NCBI GenBank assembly: GCA_965199715.1
Contig: OZ241322.1
Coordinates: forward strand, 1,984,001 to 2,048,000
Direction: 5' to 3'
Origin: Vicinamibacteria bacterium
Lineage (GTDB): Bacteria > Acidobacteriota > Vicinamibacteria > Marinacidobacterales > Marinacidobacteraceae
DNA: 64,000 nt
Under the pieces are notes generated by a model that saw nothing but the letters and a program-made list of their open reading frames with translations, did no database searches and had not been told where the DNA came from. Made by a program: the position numbers and the translations under genes. This document shows positions 1 to 9,785 of this stretch, one piece after another (the stretch's first letter is position 1; the number at the start of each line of letters is the position of its first letter).

Positions 1-1
1 C

Positions 2-976
2 GTGGTCGTGGGGGCCGCGCTCACCGTCATCCTCGCGGTCATCCTCGTCGGCCTCGGCCTCTCCGCGTTCGACGCGGTCTGCCACGCGATGACCACCCTC
101 GCCACCGGGGGCTTCTCGACCCGCAACGAATCCATCGGCGCGTTCTCGCCGGCCGTGCAGTGGACGATCGGGGCGTTCATGGTGCTGGGCGGCATGCGCT
201 TCGCCATCCACGTCTATGAAGTGCGGCGGCTGGGCGCCCGGCTGCGGAACCTGTGGTGGCGGGTCTGGGACCGCCGCCGCCGTCCGGTCCCCGCGAGCCC
301 GATCGCGAGCTATCTCGGCGATCCGGAGCTGCGCCTGTACGCCGGCGTTCTCGCGGTCGCCACCGCGGCGTTCGCGTTCTCCCGGCTCGGAGCCGGCGAC
401 GAGGGCGCGACCGCGCTGCGCGACGCCTTCTTCCAGACCGCCTCGATCGTGACCGCGTCCGGCTTCTCGACCGCCGACTGGAACCAGTGGTCGGAGCCCG
501 CCCGCATCCTCGTGCTGCTGCTGATGTTCGTCGGCGGATGCGTCGGCTCCACGTCCGGCTCGATCAAGATCCTGCGTTGGGCGATCGTGCTCAAGATGCT
601 CCCCGCGAGCCTGCGGACGCTCCACCAGCCCCACGCCGAGCTGGGAGTCCGGCTCGGCGCCCAACCGGTGGCGCCCGCGATCGCCTCGACGATGGCCCCG
701 TTCGTCCTGCTGTTCGTCGGGACCGCGGTGGGGGCCGGCTTCCTGCTGGTCGCGATGGGGCTCGACCCGATGACCGGGTTGAGCGCCGGGGTCGCCGCGG
801 TCACGAACGTGGGGCCGGCGCTCGGCGGAGTGGGGCCGGCCTCGAACTACGCGGCGATCCCGGATCCGGCGAAGCTGCTGCTCGCGGCGCTCATGATCGT
901 CGGACGGCTCGAGATCGCGACGGTGGCCGTGCTCTTCCTCGGCCCGCTGCGAGCGCTCGCGCTGCGGCTGCGCTGA
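2..976 (+). CDS. trkH: TrkH family potassium uptake permease (5'-truncated by window edge)
   Basis: Repeated pore-loop motifs [36 protein letters not shown] and C-terminal IVGRLEI. Confidence 0.92.
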   Translation: MVVGAALTVILAVILVGLGLSAFDAVCHAMTTLATGGFSTRNESIGAFSPAVQWTIGAFMVLGGMRFAIHVYEVRRLGARLRNLWWRVWDRRRRPVPASPIASYLGDPELRLYAGVLAVATAAFAFSRLGAGDEGATALRDAFFQTASIVTASGFSTADWNQWSEPARILVLLLMFVGGCVGSTSGSIKILRWAIVLKMLPASLRTLHQPHAELGVRLGAQPVAPAIASTMAPFVLLFVGTAVGAGFLLVAMGLDPMTGLSAGVAAVTNVGPALGGVGPASNYAAIPDPAKLLLAALMIVGRLEIATVAVLFLGPLRALALRLR

Positions 977-999
977 CCCGCGCCCGTAGAATCCTCTCG

Positions 1000-2943
1000 A
1001 TGTCCGAGATCGAAACGCTGTTGCGCGAGGGTCGGCAATACGCCCCGCCCGCCGGGTTCCGGGCCGCCGCGAACGTCCGCGACGACTCGATCTACGAGGA
1101 GGCGGCGCGCGATCCGGAGCGGTTCTGGGAGCGCGGCGCCGAGCGGCTCGAGTGGAGCCGCCGGTGGGACCGGGTGCTCGACTGGGATCCGCCCTTCGCC
1201 CGCTGGTTTCCCGGCGGCAAGCTGAACGCGAGCGTCAACTGCCTCGACCGCCACCTCCGGGACGGTCACGGCGGCCGGACCGCGATCCTCTTCGAGGGCG
1301 AGCCGGGCGACCGCCGCGCGATCACCTACGCCGAGCTCCACCGCGACGTCTGCCGCTTGGCCAACGTGCTGCGCGGACTCGGCGTGCGGAAGGGAGACCG
1401 GGTCGCGATCTACCTCCCGATGATCCCCGAGCTTCCGGTCGCGATGCTCGCGTGCGCCCGGATCGGCGCGCCGCACAGCGTCGTCTTCGCCGGCTTCTCG
1501 GCCCAGTCGCTGCGCGACCGCATCAACGACGCCGAGGCGAAGGTCCTCGTCACCGCCGACGGCGGCTGGCGGCGCGGAAAGGTCGTTCCGCTGAAGGCGC
1601 TCGCCGACGAGGCGCTCGAGGGCGCCCCGGGCGTGACCGCTTCGGTGGTCGTCCGCCGCACCGGCGAGGACGTCCCGATGCGCGCCGGGCGCGACCACGA
1701 CTTCGCCGACCTGATGGCCGGAGCCGCCGACGAGGCGGCGCCCGAGGAAATGGACGCCGAGGACGTCCTCTACATCCTCTACACGTCGGGCACCACGGGG
1801 AAGCCCAAGGGCATCGTCCACACCACCGGCGGCTACCTGACCGGCGTCACGACCACCGCGCGGGCGGTGTTCGACCTGAAGCCGGAAAGCGACGTCTGGT
1901 GGGCGGCGGCCGACATCGGCTGGGTCACCGGCCACTCCTACATCGTGTACGGATCCATGGCGCTCGGGATGACGCAGGTTCTCTACGAGGGCGCCATCGA
2001 CTGGCCCGACCGCGCCCGCCTCTGGTCCATCGTGGAGCGCTACCGGGTCACCTGCTTCTACACCGCTCCGACCGCGATCCGGGCGTTCATGAAGTGGGGG
2101 CGCCGGCATCCGGCGGGGGCGGACCTGTCCTCGCTGCGGCTCCTCGGCACGGTGGGGGAGCCGATCAACCCGGAGGCGTGGGTCTGGTACCACCGCGAGA
2201 TCGGCGGCGGCCGCTGCCCGGTCGTGGACACGTGGTGGCAGACCGAGACCGGGATGGTGATGTGCGCTCCGCTTCCCGGGGTCACCGCGCTCAAGCCCGG
2301 TTCCGCGACCCGCGCCTTTCCCGGGATCGCGCTCGAGATCCGCGACCGCGACGGGGCGACCGTGTCGGTCGGCGGCGGGCTGCTCGCGATCAGCCGGCCG
2401 TGGCCGGCGATGCTGCGCGGAATCTGGGGCGACGAGCGGCGGTTCCGGGACACCTACTGGAGCCGCTTCGAGGAGGGCGCGTACTTCCCCGCCGACGGGG
2501 CCCGGCTCGACGAGGACGGGTACTTCTGGATCCTCGGGCGCGTGGACGACGTGCTGAACGTGTCGGGGCACCGCATCGGCACCATGGAGGTCGAGAGCGC
2601 GCTCGTCGAGCACGACGCCGTGGCGGAGGCCGCGGTGGTCGGCCGACCGCACGACCTGAAGGGCGAATGCGTCGTGGCCTACGTCGTCCTTCGCGAGGGC
2701 GTCGAGCGCGACGACGCGCTCATACCCGAGCTCAAGCGGCACGTGAGCAAGGCGATCGGTCCGATCGCCCGGCCCGACGACATTTACTTCGCGGCCGACG
2801 TCCCGAAGACCCGCTCGGGAAAGATCATGCGGCGGCTGCTCCGGGACATCGCCGCGGGAAAGGCGATCGGCGACACGACGACGCTGGCCGACCCGGCGGT
2901 CGTGGCGCGCATGCAGAAGGAATACGGAAGCCGGGAAGGCTGA
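1000..2943 (+). CDS. acs: Acetyl-CoA synthetase (acetate--CoA ligase)
   Basis: [40 protein letters not shown]; start reassigned to ATG 1000 (MSEIETLL) within ORF 253..2943. Confidence 0.96.
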   Translation: MSEIETLLREGRQYAPPAGFRAAANVRDDSIYEEAARDPERFWERGAERLEWSRRWDRVLDWDPPFARWFPGGKLNASVNCLDRHLRDGHGGRTAILFEGEPGDRRAITYAELHRDVCRLANVLRGLGVRKGDRVAIYLPMIPELPVAMLACARIGAPHSVVFAGFSAQSLRDRINDAEAKVLVTADGGWRRGKVVPLKALADEALEGAPGVTASVVVRRTGEDVPMRAGRDHDFADLMAGAADEAAPEEMDAEDVLYILYTSGTTGKPKGIVHTTGGYLTGVTTTARAVFDLKPESDVWWAAADIGWVTGHSYIVYGSMALGMTQVLYEGAIDWPDRARLWSIVERYRVTCFYTAPTAIRAFMKWGRRHPAGADLSSLRLLGTVGEPINPEAWVWYHREIGGGRCPVVDTWWQTETGMVMCAPLPGVTALKPGSATRAFPGIALEIRDRDGATVSVGGGLLAISRPWPAMLRGIWGDERRFRDTYWSRFEEGAYFPADGARLDEDGYFWILGRVDDVLNVSGHRIGTMEVESALVEHDAVAEAAVVGRPHDLKGECVVAYVVLREGVERDDALIPELKRHVSKAIGPIARPDDIYFAADVPKTRSGKIMRRLLRDIAAGKAIGDTTTLADPAVVARMQKEYGSREG

Positions 2944-2948
2944 TTCGG

Positions 2949-2976
2949 CGGCGAGTTCTCTGCAATTCGCCGATTT
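2949..2976 (+). terminator. Possible weak intrinsic terminator after acs
   Basis: Stem CGGCGAGTT / AATTCGCCG (one G-U pair) followed by ATTT. Confidence 0.35.
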
Positions 2977-3036
2977 CGCGCACGGAATCGCTCCGGGCTG
3001 CGTGTTTGACAAGCAGCCCCTTCGAGGAGTTCCCAC

Positions 3037-3210
3037 ATGCCCCCGCCGCGCCGGACGTCAGGCTCCGGCTGACCGCGGTGGAGACGCGGTTGATCGGGGT
3101 GGAAGCGCGCGTCCGTGCGGCGGCGCCGACGCTCGCGCGGACCTCGCGCACCAGGAAATTCGAGAACCCGTGCTGCTCGTCGCGCTCGAAAGGCGCAACG
3201 AGCGCATCTC
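3037..3210 (+). pseudogene. Decayed small coiled-coil protein gene (frameshifted)
   Basis: GAGGAG RBS before ATG 3037; neighbouring frames read RLTAVETRLIGVEARVRAAAPTLA and ADLAHQEIR, resembling LATKADL-type coiled-coil proteins. Confidence 0.4.
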
Positions 3211-3345
3211 ATGGGCGTCGAACCCAGCCGCCTCGAGCTCGTCCAGCGCATCCGGCGGCTCTACGCAGTGGACCTTGAAGGCCGGGCCTTCGGGTCGCGG
3301 GTGAGCGGGAGGCTGAGGAAGCACTCGAACCTCGACCTGACCCTG
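3211..3345 (+). pseudogene. Remnant of a minimal nucleotidyltransferase (MNT) gene
   Basis: LELVQRIRRLYAVDLEGRAFGSRVSGRLRKHSNLDL matches the GSR...SDLDL signature, with the first catalytic Asp changed to Asn; truncated. Confidence 0.55.
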
Positions 3346-3428
3346 TCGGGTTGGCGGTCGTCGCCCGCGAACTCGACGTGGCTGCTTGCGTCCCGGGCGA
3401 TGAGCTCGAGGAGTGGCTTCATGTCCAT
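3345..3428 (-). pseudogene. N-terminal remnant of an AlbA_2/Schlafen-like domain protein
   Basis: MDMKPLLELIARDASSHVEFAGDD resembles LLELIARGESxxVEFKRDD; GGAG RBS upstream. Confidence 0.45.
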
Positions 3429-3510
3429 GACTCCACCCCGCGACGGGCGTCGCCCCGCCGGTTCTCTACAATCCGGTGGTTGGGCCGCCATCGGCCCGAG
3501 GGAGCGTCGC

Positions 3511-5577
3511 ATGTCCGGAACTCGTCGCCTCGTGGCCGTCGCGCTCCTCCTCGGGGCGCCCGCCGCCGCCCAGGAGACGGCCGGGGAGGGCCGCCTCGTC
3601 GCTTCGCACGTCCTCGACTGGGAGGGCGTTTCCGGGCCGGTGATCTCGCCCGACGGCGCGACCGTGATCTACGCGCGGCGCCACGTGGATCGCCAGACTG
3701 ACAGTTGGGCGTCCGAGCTGTGGACCGTGGGCGCGGACGGCTCGAACCACCGCTTCCTCATCAAGGGGTCCTCGCCGGTCTGGGCTCCCGACGGCTCGCG
3801 CATCGCCTTCATCGCCGAGGACGACAACGGCAAGCCGCAGATCTTCGTCCGCTGGATGGACGACGAGGGTTCGGTCTCGCCGGTGACGCGCGACGGCTCC
3901 GCCCCCCGCGACGTCCACTGGTCGCCGGACTCCTCGATGATCGCCTTCACCCGCATGGTTCCGCATCCGGAGACGTGGGACCTGCCCTCGCTGCCCAAGC
4001 CGCCCGCGGGCGCCGAGTGGACGAAGCCGCCCCGGATCGTGCGCAAGATGCACTTCCGGCAGGATCGGGTGGGCTTCCTCGAGGAGGGCTACCGCCACCT
4101 CTTCGTGGTTCCGGCCGACGGCGGCGCGGCCCGGCAGTTGACCGAGGGCGAGTGGCACGTCGGCTCGAGGGGCGCGGTCGGTCTCGACTACGGCGCCGGG
4201 ATCGACTGGACGCCCGACGGGAGCGGGCTGGTCTTCGACGCGTCGCGCGCCGAGGACGCGGACCTTCGCTACCGGGAATCCCACATCCACCTGGTCGAAC
4301 TGGAGACCGGGACGATTCGCCAGATCACGAGCGCCCGCGGCCCGTGGTCCGGCCCCGTGGTCTCGCCCGACGGCATGCGCGTCGCGTTCGGCGGCTACGA
4401 CTGGACCGCGCAGACCTACAAGACCTCCGACCTCCACGTCATCGACATGGACGGCTCGAACATGCAGGCGCTCACGACGGCGCTCGACCGGGACGCGGCC
4501 AACCCGTTCTGGAGCGGGGACGGCGATGCGGTCTTCTTCACCGCCGACGACCGGGGTTCGCGCAACCTGCATCGCGCCTCGCTCTCCGGCGAGACCAGCC
4601 CCGTCACCGAGGGGACCCACATGCTGTCGGTCTCGTCAGTGTCGGACGGCGGCATGGCGGTCGGCACGCGCACCTCGCCCCATGAGCCCGCCGACGTGGT
4701 CGCGTTTCCGCTGGACAGCCCCGACCGCATCCGCCAGCTCACGCACGTGAACGACGACGCGCTCGCGGGCGTCCAGCTCGGCGAGGTCGAGGAGATCTGG
4801 TACGACTCGACCGGCGGAGCCCGCGTGCAGGGATGGGTCGTGAAGCCCCCGGACTTCGACGCCTCGCGCGCCTGGCCGATGGTCCTGTACATTCACGGCG
4901 GCCCGCACGGGATGTACAACGTCGGCTTCAACAGCTCCTTCCAGAACCTGGCCGCGAACGGCTACCTCGTCCTCTACGTGAACCCGAGGGGCAGCACCGG
5001 ATACGGAACCGACTTCGGAAACGCGATCGACAACGGCTACCCGAGCGTGGACTACGACGACCTCATGGCCGGCGTGGACGCGCTCATCGGCCAGGGTTCG
5101 GTGGACGAGTCGCGCATGTACGTCACCGGCTGCAGCGGCGGGGGCGTCCTCTCCTCGTGGGTGATCGGCCATACGAACCGGTTCGCCGCCGCCGCCGTGC
5201 GCTGCCCGGTAGTGAACTGGATGAGCTTCGCCGGCACCGCCGACATCGTCCGCTGGGGCTACAACCGCTACCACGGATACCCGTGGGACAACGCCGAGAA
5301 GTACCTCGAGCACTCGCCGCTGATGCACGTCGGCAAGGTCACCACCCCGACGCTGCTGATGACCGGGGAACTGGACCTCCGCACCCCGATGAGCCAGACC
5401 GAGGAGTACTACCAGGCGCTCAAGGCGCTCGACGTGCCCACCGAGATGGTCCGCTTCCACCGCGAGTACCACGGCACGAGCTCGCAGCCCTCGAATTTCG
5501 TCCGCACCCAGCTCTACATGCTGGACTGGTTCTCGCGCTACTCGCGCGACGCCGCGATGGAGACCGAGGAGCGATGA
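3511..5577 (+). CDS. Secreted S9 family (prolyl oligopeptidase / acylaminoacyl) peptidase with beta-propeller
   Basis: Signal peptide, SPDG propeller repeats, IHGGPH, NPRGSTGYG, GCSGGG nucleophile, GELDLRTP Asp, EYHG His. Confidence 0.92.
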   Translation: MSGTRRLVAVALLLGAPAAAQETAGEGRLVASHVLDWEGVSGPVISPDGATVIYARRHVDRQTDSWASELWTVGADGSNHRFLIKGSSPVWAPDGSRIAFIAEDDNGKPQIFVRWMDDEGSVSPVTRDGSAPRDVHWSPDSSMIAFTRMVPHPETWDLPSLPKPPAGAEWTKPPRIVRKMHFRQDRVGFLEEGYRHLFVVPADGGAARQLTEGEWHVGSRGAVGLDYGAGIDWTPDGSGLVFDASRAEDADLRYRESHIHLVELETGTIRQITSARGPWSGPVVSPDGMRVAFGGYDWTAQTYKTSDLHVIDMDGSNMQALTTALDRDAANPFWSGDGDAVFFTADDRGSRNLHRASLSGETSPVTEGTHMLSVSSVSDGGMAVGTRTSPHEPADVVAFPLDSPDRIRQLTHVNDDALAGVQLGEVEEIWYDSTGGARVQGWVVKPPDFDASRAWPMVLYIHGGPHGMYNVGFNSSFQNLAANGYLVLYVNPRGSTGYGTDFGNAIDNGYPSVDYDDLMAGVDALIGQGSVDESRMYVTGCSGGGVLSSWVIGHTNRFAAAAVRCPVVNWMSFAGTADIVRWGYNRYHGYPWDNAEKYLEHSPLMHVGKVTTPTLLMTGELDLRTPMSQTEEYYQALKALDVPTEMVRFHREYHGTSSQPSNFVRTQLYMLDWFSRYSRDAAMETEER

Positions 5578-6008
5578 GCGCGCGGCTGCTCGTCGGATTC
5601 CTCCTTGGGGGCGTCGCCGGGTACGCCCTGGGCGGCCTCCCGGCGCAGGACGAGCTCCCGGCGGCGTGGCGGAGCGCGAGCGGGACCGAGATCCGGCTTC
5701 TCCTCTCCGAGTCCAACCTCGGCGGCGGCGAACTGGAGGTCGGCGAGATCACCTTCGCGCCGGGCACGAACTCGGGAGACCACCTTCACGGGGCCACCGA
5801 GGTGTTCTACGTGCTCGAGGGCCAACTGGAGCACGTGGTCGATGGCGTCTCCGAGATCCTCGGCCCCGGTGATCTCGGCTTCGTCCGCCCGCCGTCCGAG
5901 GTGAACCACGTCACTCCCGTGGGCGGCCCCCCGACGCGGGCGCTCGTGATCTGGGCCCCGGGCGGCGAGGGAACCCGGATCGTCAGCGGCTGGGAACGCG
6001 TCCGCTGA
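5574..6008 (+). CDS. Exported cupin domain protein
   Basis: HLHGATEVFYVLEG and EVNH cupin motifs; hydrophobic N-terminus; ATGA overlap with the peptidase stop. Confidence 0.85.
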   Translation: MSARLLVGFLLGGVAGYALGGLPAQDELPAAWRSASGTEIRLLLSESNLGGGELEVGEITFAPGTNSGDHLHGATEVFYVLEGQLEHVVDGVSEILGPGDLGFVRPPSEVNHVTPVGGPPTRALVIWAPGGEGTRIVSGWERVR

Positions 6009-6029
6009 CCCGCGCGCGCGGGAACCGGC

Positions 6030-6896
6030 ATGCGCTGGCGCTTCCGGTTCACCGCGCTCACCGCGCTCGCGACCTGGGTTCTCATGGGCTGGGGCGCGTT
6101 CGTCACGAGCATCGAGGCCGGGCTCGCTGTGCCCGACTGGCCCTCGTCGTATTCCTCGTGGGATCCCCTCAACCCCTGGCCCGGGTGGTGGCGCGTCACG
6201 CCGCTTCTCGCCGAGCACGGCCATCGCCTTCTCGGCATGGCTGTCGGGATGCTCACCGTCGCCCTCGCGATCTGGACCTGGATCGCGGAGTCCCGGCGGT
6301 GGCTGCGCTGGCTCTCGCTGGGCGCCGCGGCGCTCGTCTCGTTCCAGGGACTCCTCGGCGGCCTCCGGGTGGTCTGGCTCTCGCTCGACCTCGCGGTCGT
6401 CCACGCCTCGGTCGCCCAACTCTTCCTCGCGCTCGTCGCCGGCATGGCGCTGTTCACGTCCCCGGCGTGGCTGCGCGGGGACGCGCCGGCGCCGGGCCTC
6501 CATCGGCCGACGCTGTTCCTCGCCGTCGCGATCTGGGGCCAGATCCTCCTCGGCGCGCTGCTCCGCCATCCGGGAACCGGGCTGGATCCGCTTCTGGCGA
6601 CGGTCCACATCGGCGGGGCGCTCGTCGTCCTTTTCGGCGCGCTTGCGCTGTTCCGATGCACGCCCCGCAGCGCGCCGGTGGTCAGCCCGGCCTCGCGGCT
6701 TCTCGCCGTCCTCGTCGTGGTCCAGGCGTTCCTCGGACTCTTCGCGTGGCTCGTCACGCTCGATGACGCGGGGATGCTGGTCCCGAGCAACCTGCAGGTC
6801 GTCCTGAACACCTCGCACGCCTCGCTCGGCGCCATCCTGATGGCGATCGGAGCGGTCGCCGCCCTCGCCGCATGGCGATTCCGGGAAGCGTCGTGA
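6030..6896 (+). CDS. ctaA: Heme A synthase (COX15/CtaA family)
   Basis: AGLAVPDWP, EHGHRLLG, QGLLGGLRV, conserved His in TM helices; adjacent to heme O synthase. Confidence 0.88.
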   Translation: MRWRFRFTALTALATWVLMGWGAFVTSIEAGLAVPDWPSSYSSWDPLNPWPGWWRVTPLLAEHGHRLLGMAVGMLTVALAIWTWIAESRRWLRWLSLGAAALVSFQGLLGGLRVVWLSLDLAVVHASVAQLFLALVAGMALFTSPAWLRGDAPAPGLHRPTLFLAVAIWGQILLGALLRHPGTGLDPLLATVHIGGALVVLFGALALFRCTPRSAPVVSPASRLLAVLVVVQAFLGLFAWLVTLDDAGMLVPSNLQVVLNTSHASLGAILMAIGAVAALAAWRFREAS

Positions 6897-7714
6897 TCCG
6901 CCCGTACCTCGAGCTGGCGAAACCCGAGATCACGCTGTTGGTCGCGCTGTCGGCGACCGCGGGGTTCCTGCTCGCGCCCGTCGCGTTCGATCCGGCGCGG
7001 CTCGCCTTCCTGCTGCTCGGGGTCGCGCTCGGGAGCGGCGGCGCGTCGGCGCTGAACCACTGGATGGAGCGGGACCTCGACGCCCGGATGCGCCGCGCCC
7101 GGGGGCGGCCGCTGGCTTCCGGCCGCCTTGTCCCCGGGCGGGCGCTCGCGTTCGGCGTCCTGCTGGTCGCGATCGGGGTCGGGTCGCTCGCGTGGACCGT
7201 GAACCTCCTGACCGGGGCGCTCGTCCTCGCTTCGGCGCTGCTGTACGTGTTCGCCTACACGCCGCTCAAGCGCCGCTCTCCCTGGAACACGGTCGTCGTC
7301 GGCGCGGTTCCCGGCGCCCTTCCGGCGCTGTGCGGCTGGACCGCGGCCGTCGGCTCGGTCGATTGGGGCGGGATCGCGGCGTTCGCGATCCTCGCGCTCT
7401 GGCAGCTTCCCCACTTCCTGCCGCTCGCGTGGATGCACCGCGACGACTACCGGCGTGGCGGCTTCGTCATGCTCCCGGTCGCCGATCCCTCCGGGGACTC
7501 CACGGCCCGCCAGACGCTCGTCCTCGCCGCCGCGCTCCTGCCCGTCAGCCTCGCGCCGGCCTTTCCGTCGCTCGCCGGATGGATCTACGCGGCCGGCGCG
7601 GCGATCGCCTTCCACCGCACCCGGGCCGTCGCCGACGCCAGGCGCGTGCTGCTCGTCTCGACTCGCTACGTCCCGGCGCTGGTGCTCCTGCTCGCGCTGG
7701 ACCGGTTCCGGTAA
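6893..7714 (+). CDS. ctaB: Protoheme IX farnesyltransferase (heme O synthase); last TM region looks shortened
   Basis: ELAKPEI, NHWMERDLDARMRR, YTPLKR, WQLPHF, DDYRRGG; GTGA overlap with ctaA. Confidence 0.92.
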   Translation: MIRPYLELAKPEITLLVALSATAGFLLAPVAFDPARLAFLLLGVALGSGGASALNHWMERDLDARMRRARGRPLASGRLVPGRALAFGVLLVAIGVGSLAWTVNLLTGALVLASALLYVFAYTPLKRRSPWNTVVVGAVPGALPALCGWTAAVGSVDWGGIAAFAILALWQLPHFLPLAWMHRDDYRRGGFVMLPVADPSGDSTARQTLVLAAALLPVSLAPAFPSLAGWIYAAGAAIAFHRTRAVADARRVLLVSTRYVPALVLLLALDRFR

Positions 7715-7718
7715 CCGC

Positions 7719-9767
7719 TCAGCGCTGGAAGCCGAGCCGCCACGAGGCGGAGATCCGCAGGCTCCGGCCCGGCTGCGGCACGACCGCCGGGTGGATGGCG
7801 AAGAGCTCGTCGATCACGTTGTTGACCGCGAGCGTCCAGTCGGCCCCGCCGAGCGGGCCGTCCTCCGGCCGGAACCGGGCGAACAGGTCGAACACCTGGT
7901 AGCCCTCGGTGGGCTCCACGTCGTCCGGCACGTCGGTCCGCGCCGCCGCGACCGTCGCTCGGCCGCCGATCTCGAGCGAGAGCGACGGAAGGCGCCCGGA
8001 GAGCTGCAGGTGCGCCGCGCTCGCCGGCGCGCTCGCGAGCGGGATGCCGGAGTCGAGGTTCCGCGTCTCCAGCACCGTCGCGCTCACCCGCGCCCGGAAG
8101 CGCGGGCGCTCGACCTGCGCCGCCGCCTCGCATCCCTCAAGCTGCGCCGGAACCGACTGGTTCAGCGTGGAGCCGTAGAGGATCCTCGTCCCGTCCTGAC
8201 CTCGGAAGGAGGGGATGGACGGATCCACGAGGACCACGACCTGGTCCACGTAGTCGGTCACTTCCGAGCGGAAGCAGGTGGCCTCGCCGGAGAACCAGTT
8301 GCGTCCGCCGCGCAGCCCGCCCTCCCACGACGCGCCGCGTTCGGCGGGAAGATCGGGCGACGGCTGGAACAGGTTGATGGCTTGGAGGGTCTCGGTCAGC
8401 GGAATCTGGAAGTGGATCCCGTCGGCGTACATCTCGTTCAGGCTCGGCGCGCGGAAGGCGCGCGACGCGGCGACCCACACGTACGCGCCGTCGCCGAGGC
8501 GGTAGCCCACGGACGCCTGCGGGGAGAACCGGCTCTCGTCCCGCGGCTCGAAGCGGTCCGAGCGGATCCGGTACCCGTCGCGCCGGAGGCTCGCGGTCAG
8601 GTCGAGCCGCTCGCCGATCTCCGCCTTCGCGTAGGCCCACCCGGCGAGGTAGGCGAACTCGGCGTCGGGGAACTGGAGGCGCGGGGCGCCGTCCCGCACG
8701 CCGGTCTGGGAGTCGCGATACGCCTCGATCCCGGTCCCGAGCCGCACCCGGACCCGGTCGCCGACCTCGAATCGGGCGGTGTTGTGGACGTCCAGGCCCA
8801 GCGTTTCGAATTCGGTCACGTCGGCCCGGGACCCGACCAGCATGTCCTCGGTGCTATGGAGCGCGTTCCGGTAGGCGGTCGCTTCCAGGTCGAGGAGGTT
8901 CGAGTCGAGCGCCCGGGTCTCGAAGCGGGCGCGGAAGCCTTCCCAGCGGGTGTCGCGCGCGACGAGGCTGCCGCTGAGCGCGTTCGCGTTCGTGGGTTCG
9001 GTTCCGTCGCTCTGGAAGCGCTGCGCCGAGACCTCGAAGCGCGTCGCGAGGCCCGGATTCCAGCCGAACTTCACCAGTCCGTTTCGCAGCTCGTCCTCGG
9101 TGTTCGGGATCAGGGTTCCGCCGCCGTCCCGGATCGCCCGCCGGGCGCCCCCCAGCGTGAGCGAGGCGAGCCCGTCCACCCGGTCGTCCGCGCCGTACGC
9201 GGTGAACGACTGGGACACGTCGCGCCCGTTGCTCTGGTATCCCACCCGGTAGCGGCCGCCCCATGTCTCGCCGAACTCGAGGAGGTCGCGGGCGCTGCGG
9301 GTGGTCAGCGACACCACGCCGCCGAGCGCGCCGCTGCCGTACAGCGCCGAGTTGGCCCCGCGCACGACCTCGATCCGCTCGAGGAGGTCCGGATCCACGA
9401 AGAACCGGCCCGCGTGGACGCCGTTGAAGTTCTGCCGTCCGCCGTCCTGGCGCACCAGCACCCGCTCGTCGGCGAAGCCGCGGATGTTGGGCTCCTCGGT
9501 GATCCGCCTCGCGTTGCCCTGGATCTGGACGCCGGGGAGGCCCTCCATGACGTCGCCGAAGGTCCGTCCGGCCTCGCCCGCGAGATCGTCGGCGGTGCGG
9601 ATCGCGACCCCCGCCGGCGTCGTCAGGAGCGGGCTCTCGTCGCGGGTCGCGGTGACTACCACCGTCTCCTCGATCCGGGGCTGCGCCTCCTCCTGCTCCT
9701 CCTCGGCGGGTTCCTGCGCGGCGGCCGCCCCTGCCGCGAGAAGCAGCAGAAACGATCCTCGGAGCAC
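7719..9767 (-). CDS. TonB-dependent heme/hemoglobin receptor (ChuA/HmuR-like)
   Basis: TonB box ETVVVTA, plug NIRG...IEVVRGANSALYGSGALGGVV, FRAP motif and SPDL (NPNL-like) loop. Confidence 0.85.
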   Translation of the reverse strand: MLRGSFLLLLAAGAAAAQEPAEEEQEEAQPRIEETVVVTATRDESPLLTTPAGVAIRTADDLAGEAGRTFGDVMEGLPGVQIQGNARRITEEPNIRGFADERVLVRQDGGRQNFNGVHAGRFFVDPDLLERIEVVRGANSALYGSGALGGVVSLTTRSARDLLEFGETWGGRYRVGYQSNGRDVSQSFTAYGADDRVDGLASLTLGGARRAIRDGGGTLIPNTEDELRNGLVKFGWNPGLATRFEVSAQRFQSDGTEPTNANALSGSLVARDTRWEGFRARFETRALDSNLLDLEATAYRNALHSTEDMLVGSRADVTEFETLGLDVHNTARFEVGDRVRVRLGTGIEAYRDSQTGVRDGAPRLQFPDAEFAYLAGWAYAKAEIGERLDLTASLRRDGYRIRSDRFEPRDESRFSPQASVGYRLGDGAYVWVAASRAFRAPSLNEMYADGIHFQIPLTETLQAINLFQPSPDLPAERGASWEGGLRGGRNWFSGEATCFRSEVTDYVDQVVVLVDPSIPSFRGQDGTRILYGSTLNQSVPAQLEGCEAAAQVERPRFRARVSATVLETRNLDSGIPLASAPASAAHLQLSGRLPSLSLEIGGRATVAAARTDVPDDVEPTEGYQVFDLFARFRPEDGPLGGADWTLAVNNVIDELFAIHPAVVPQPGRSLRISASWRLGFQR

Positions 9768-9785
9768 CCCGAAACCTTAGCCCGT

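Noticed and set aside
253-999. Apparent 249-aa N-terminal extension of Acs
   Set aside because: Off-frame overlap with trkH; Acs similarity and a -10 box point to ATG 1000
2995-3019. GGGCTGC/GCAGCCC hairpin as an IS end
   Set aside because: No transposase, partner terminal repeat or target duplication found
3115-3510. Apparent MNT-peptidase fusion in the 820-aa ORF
   Set aside because: The peptidase has its own RBS and signal peptide at 3511; the upstream part is pseudogene debris that happens to be in frame
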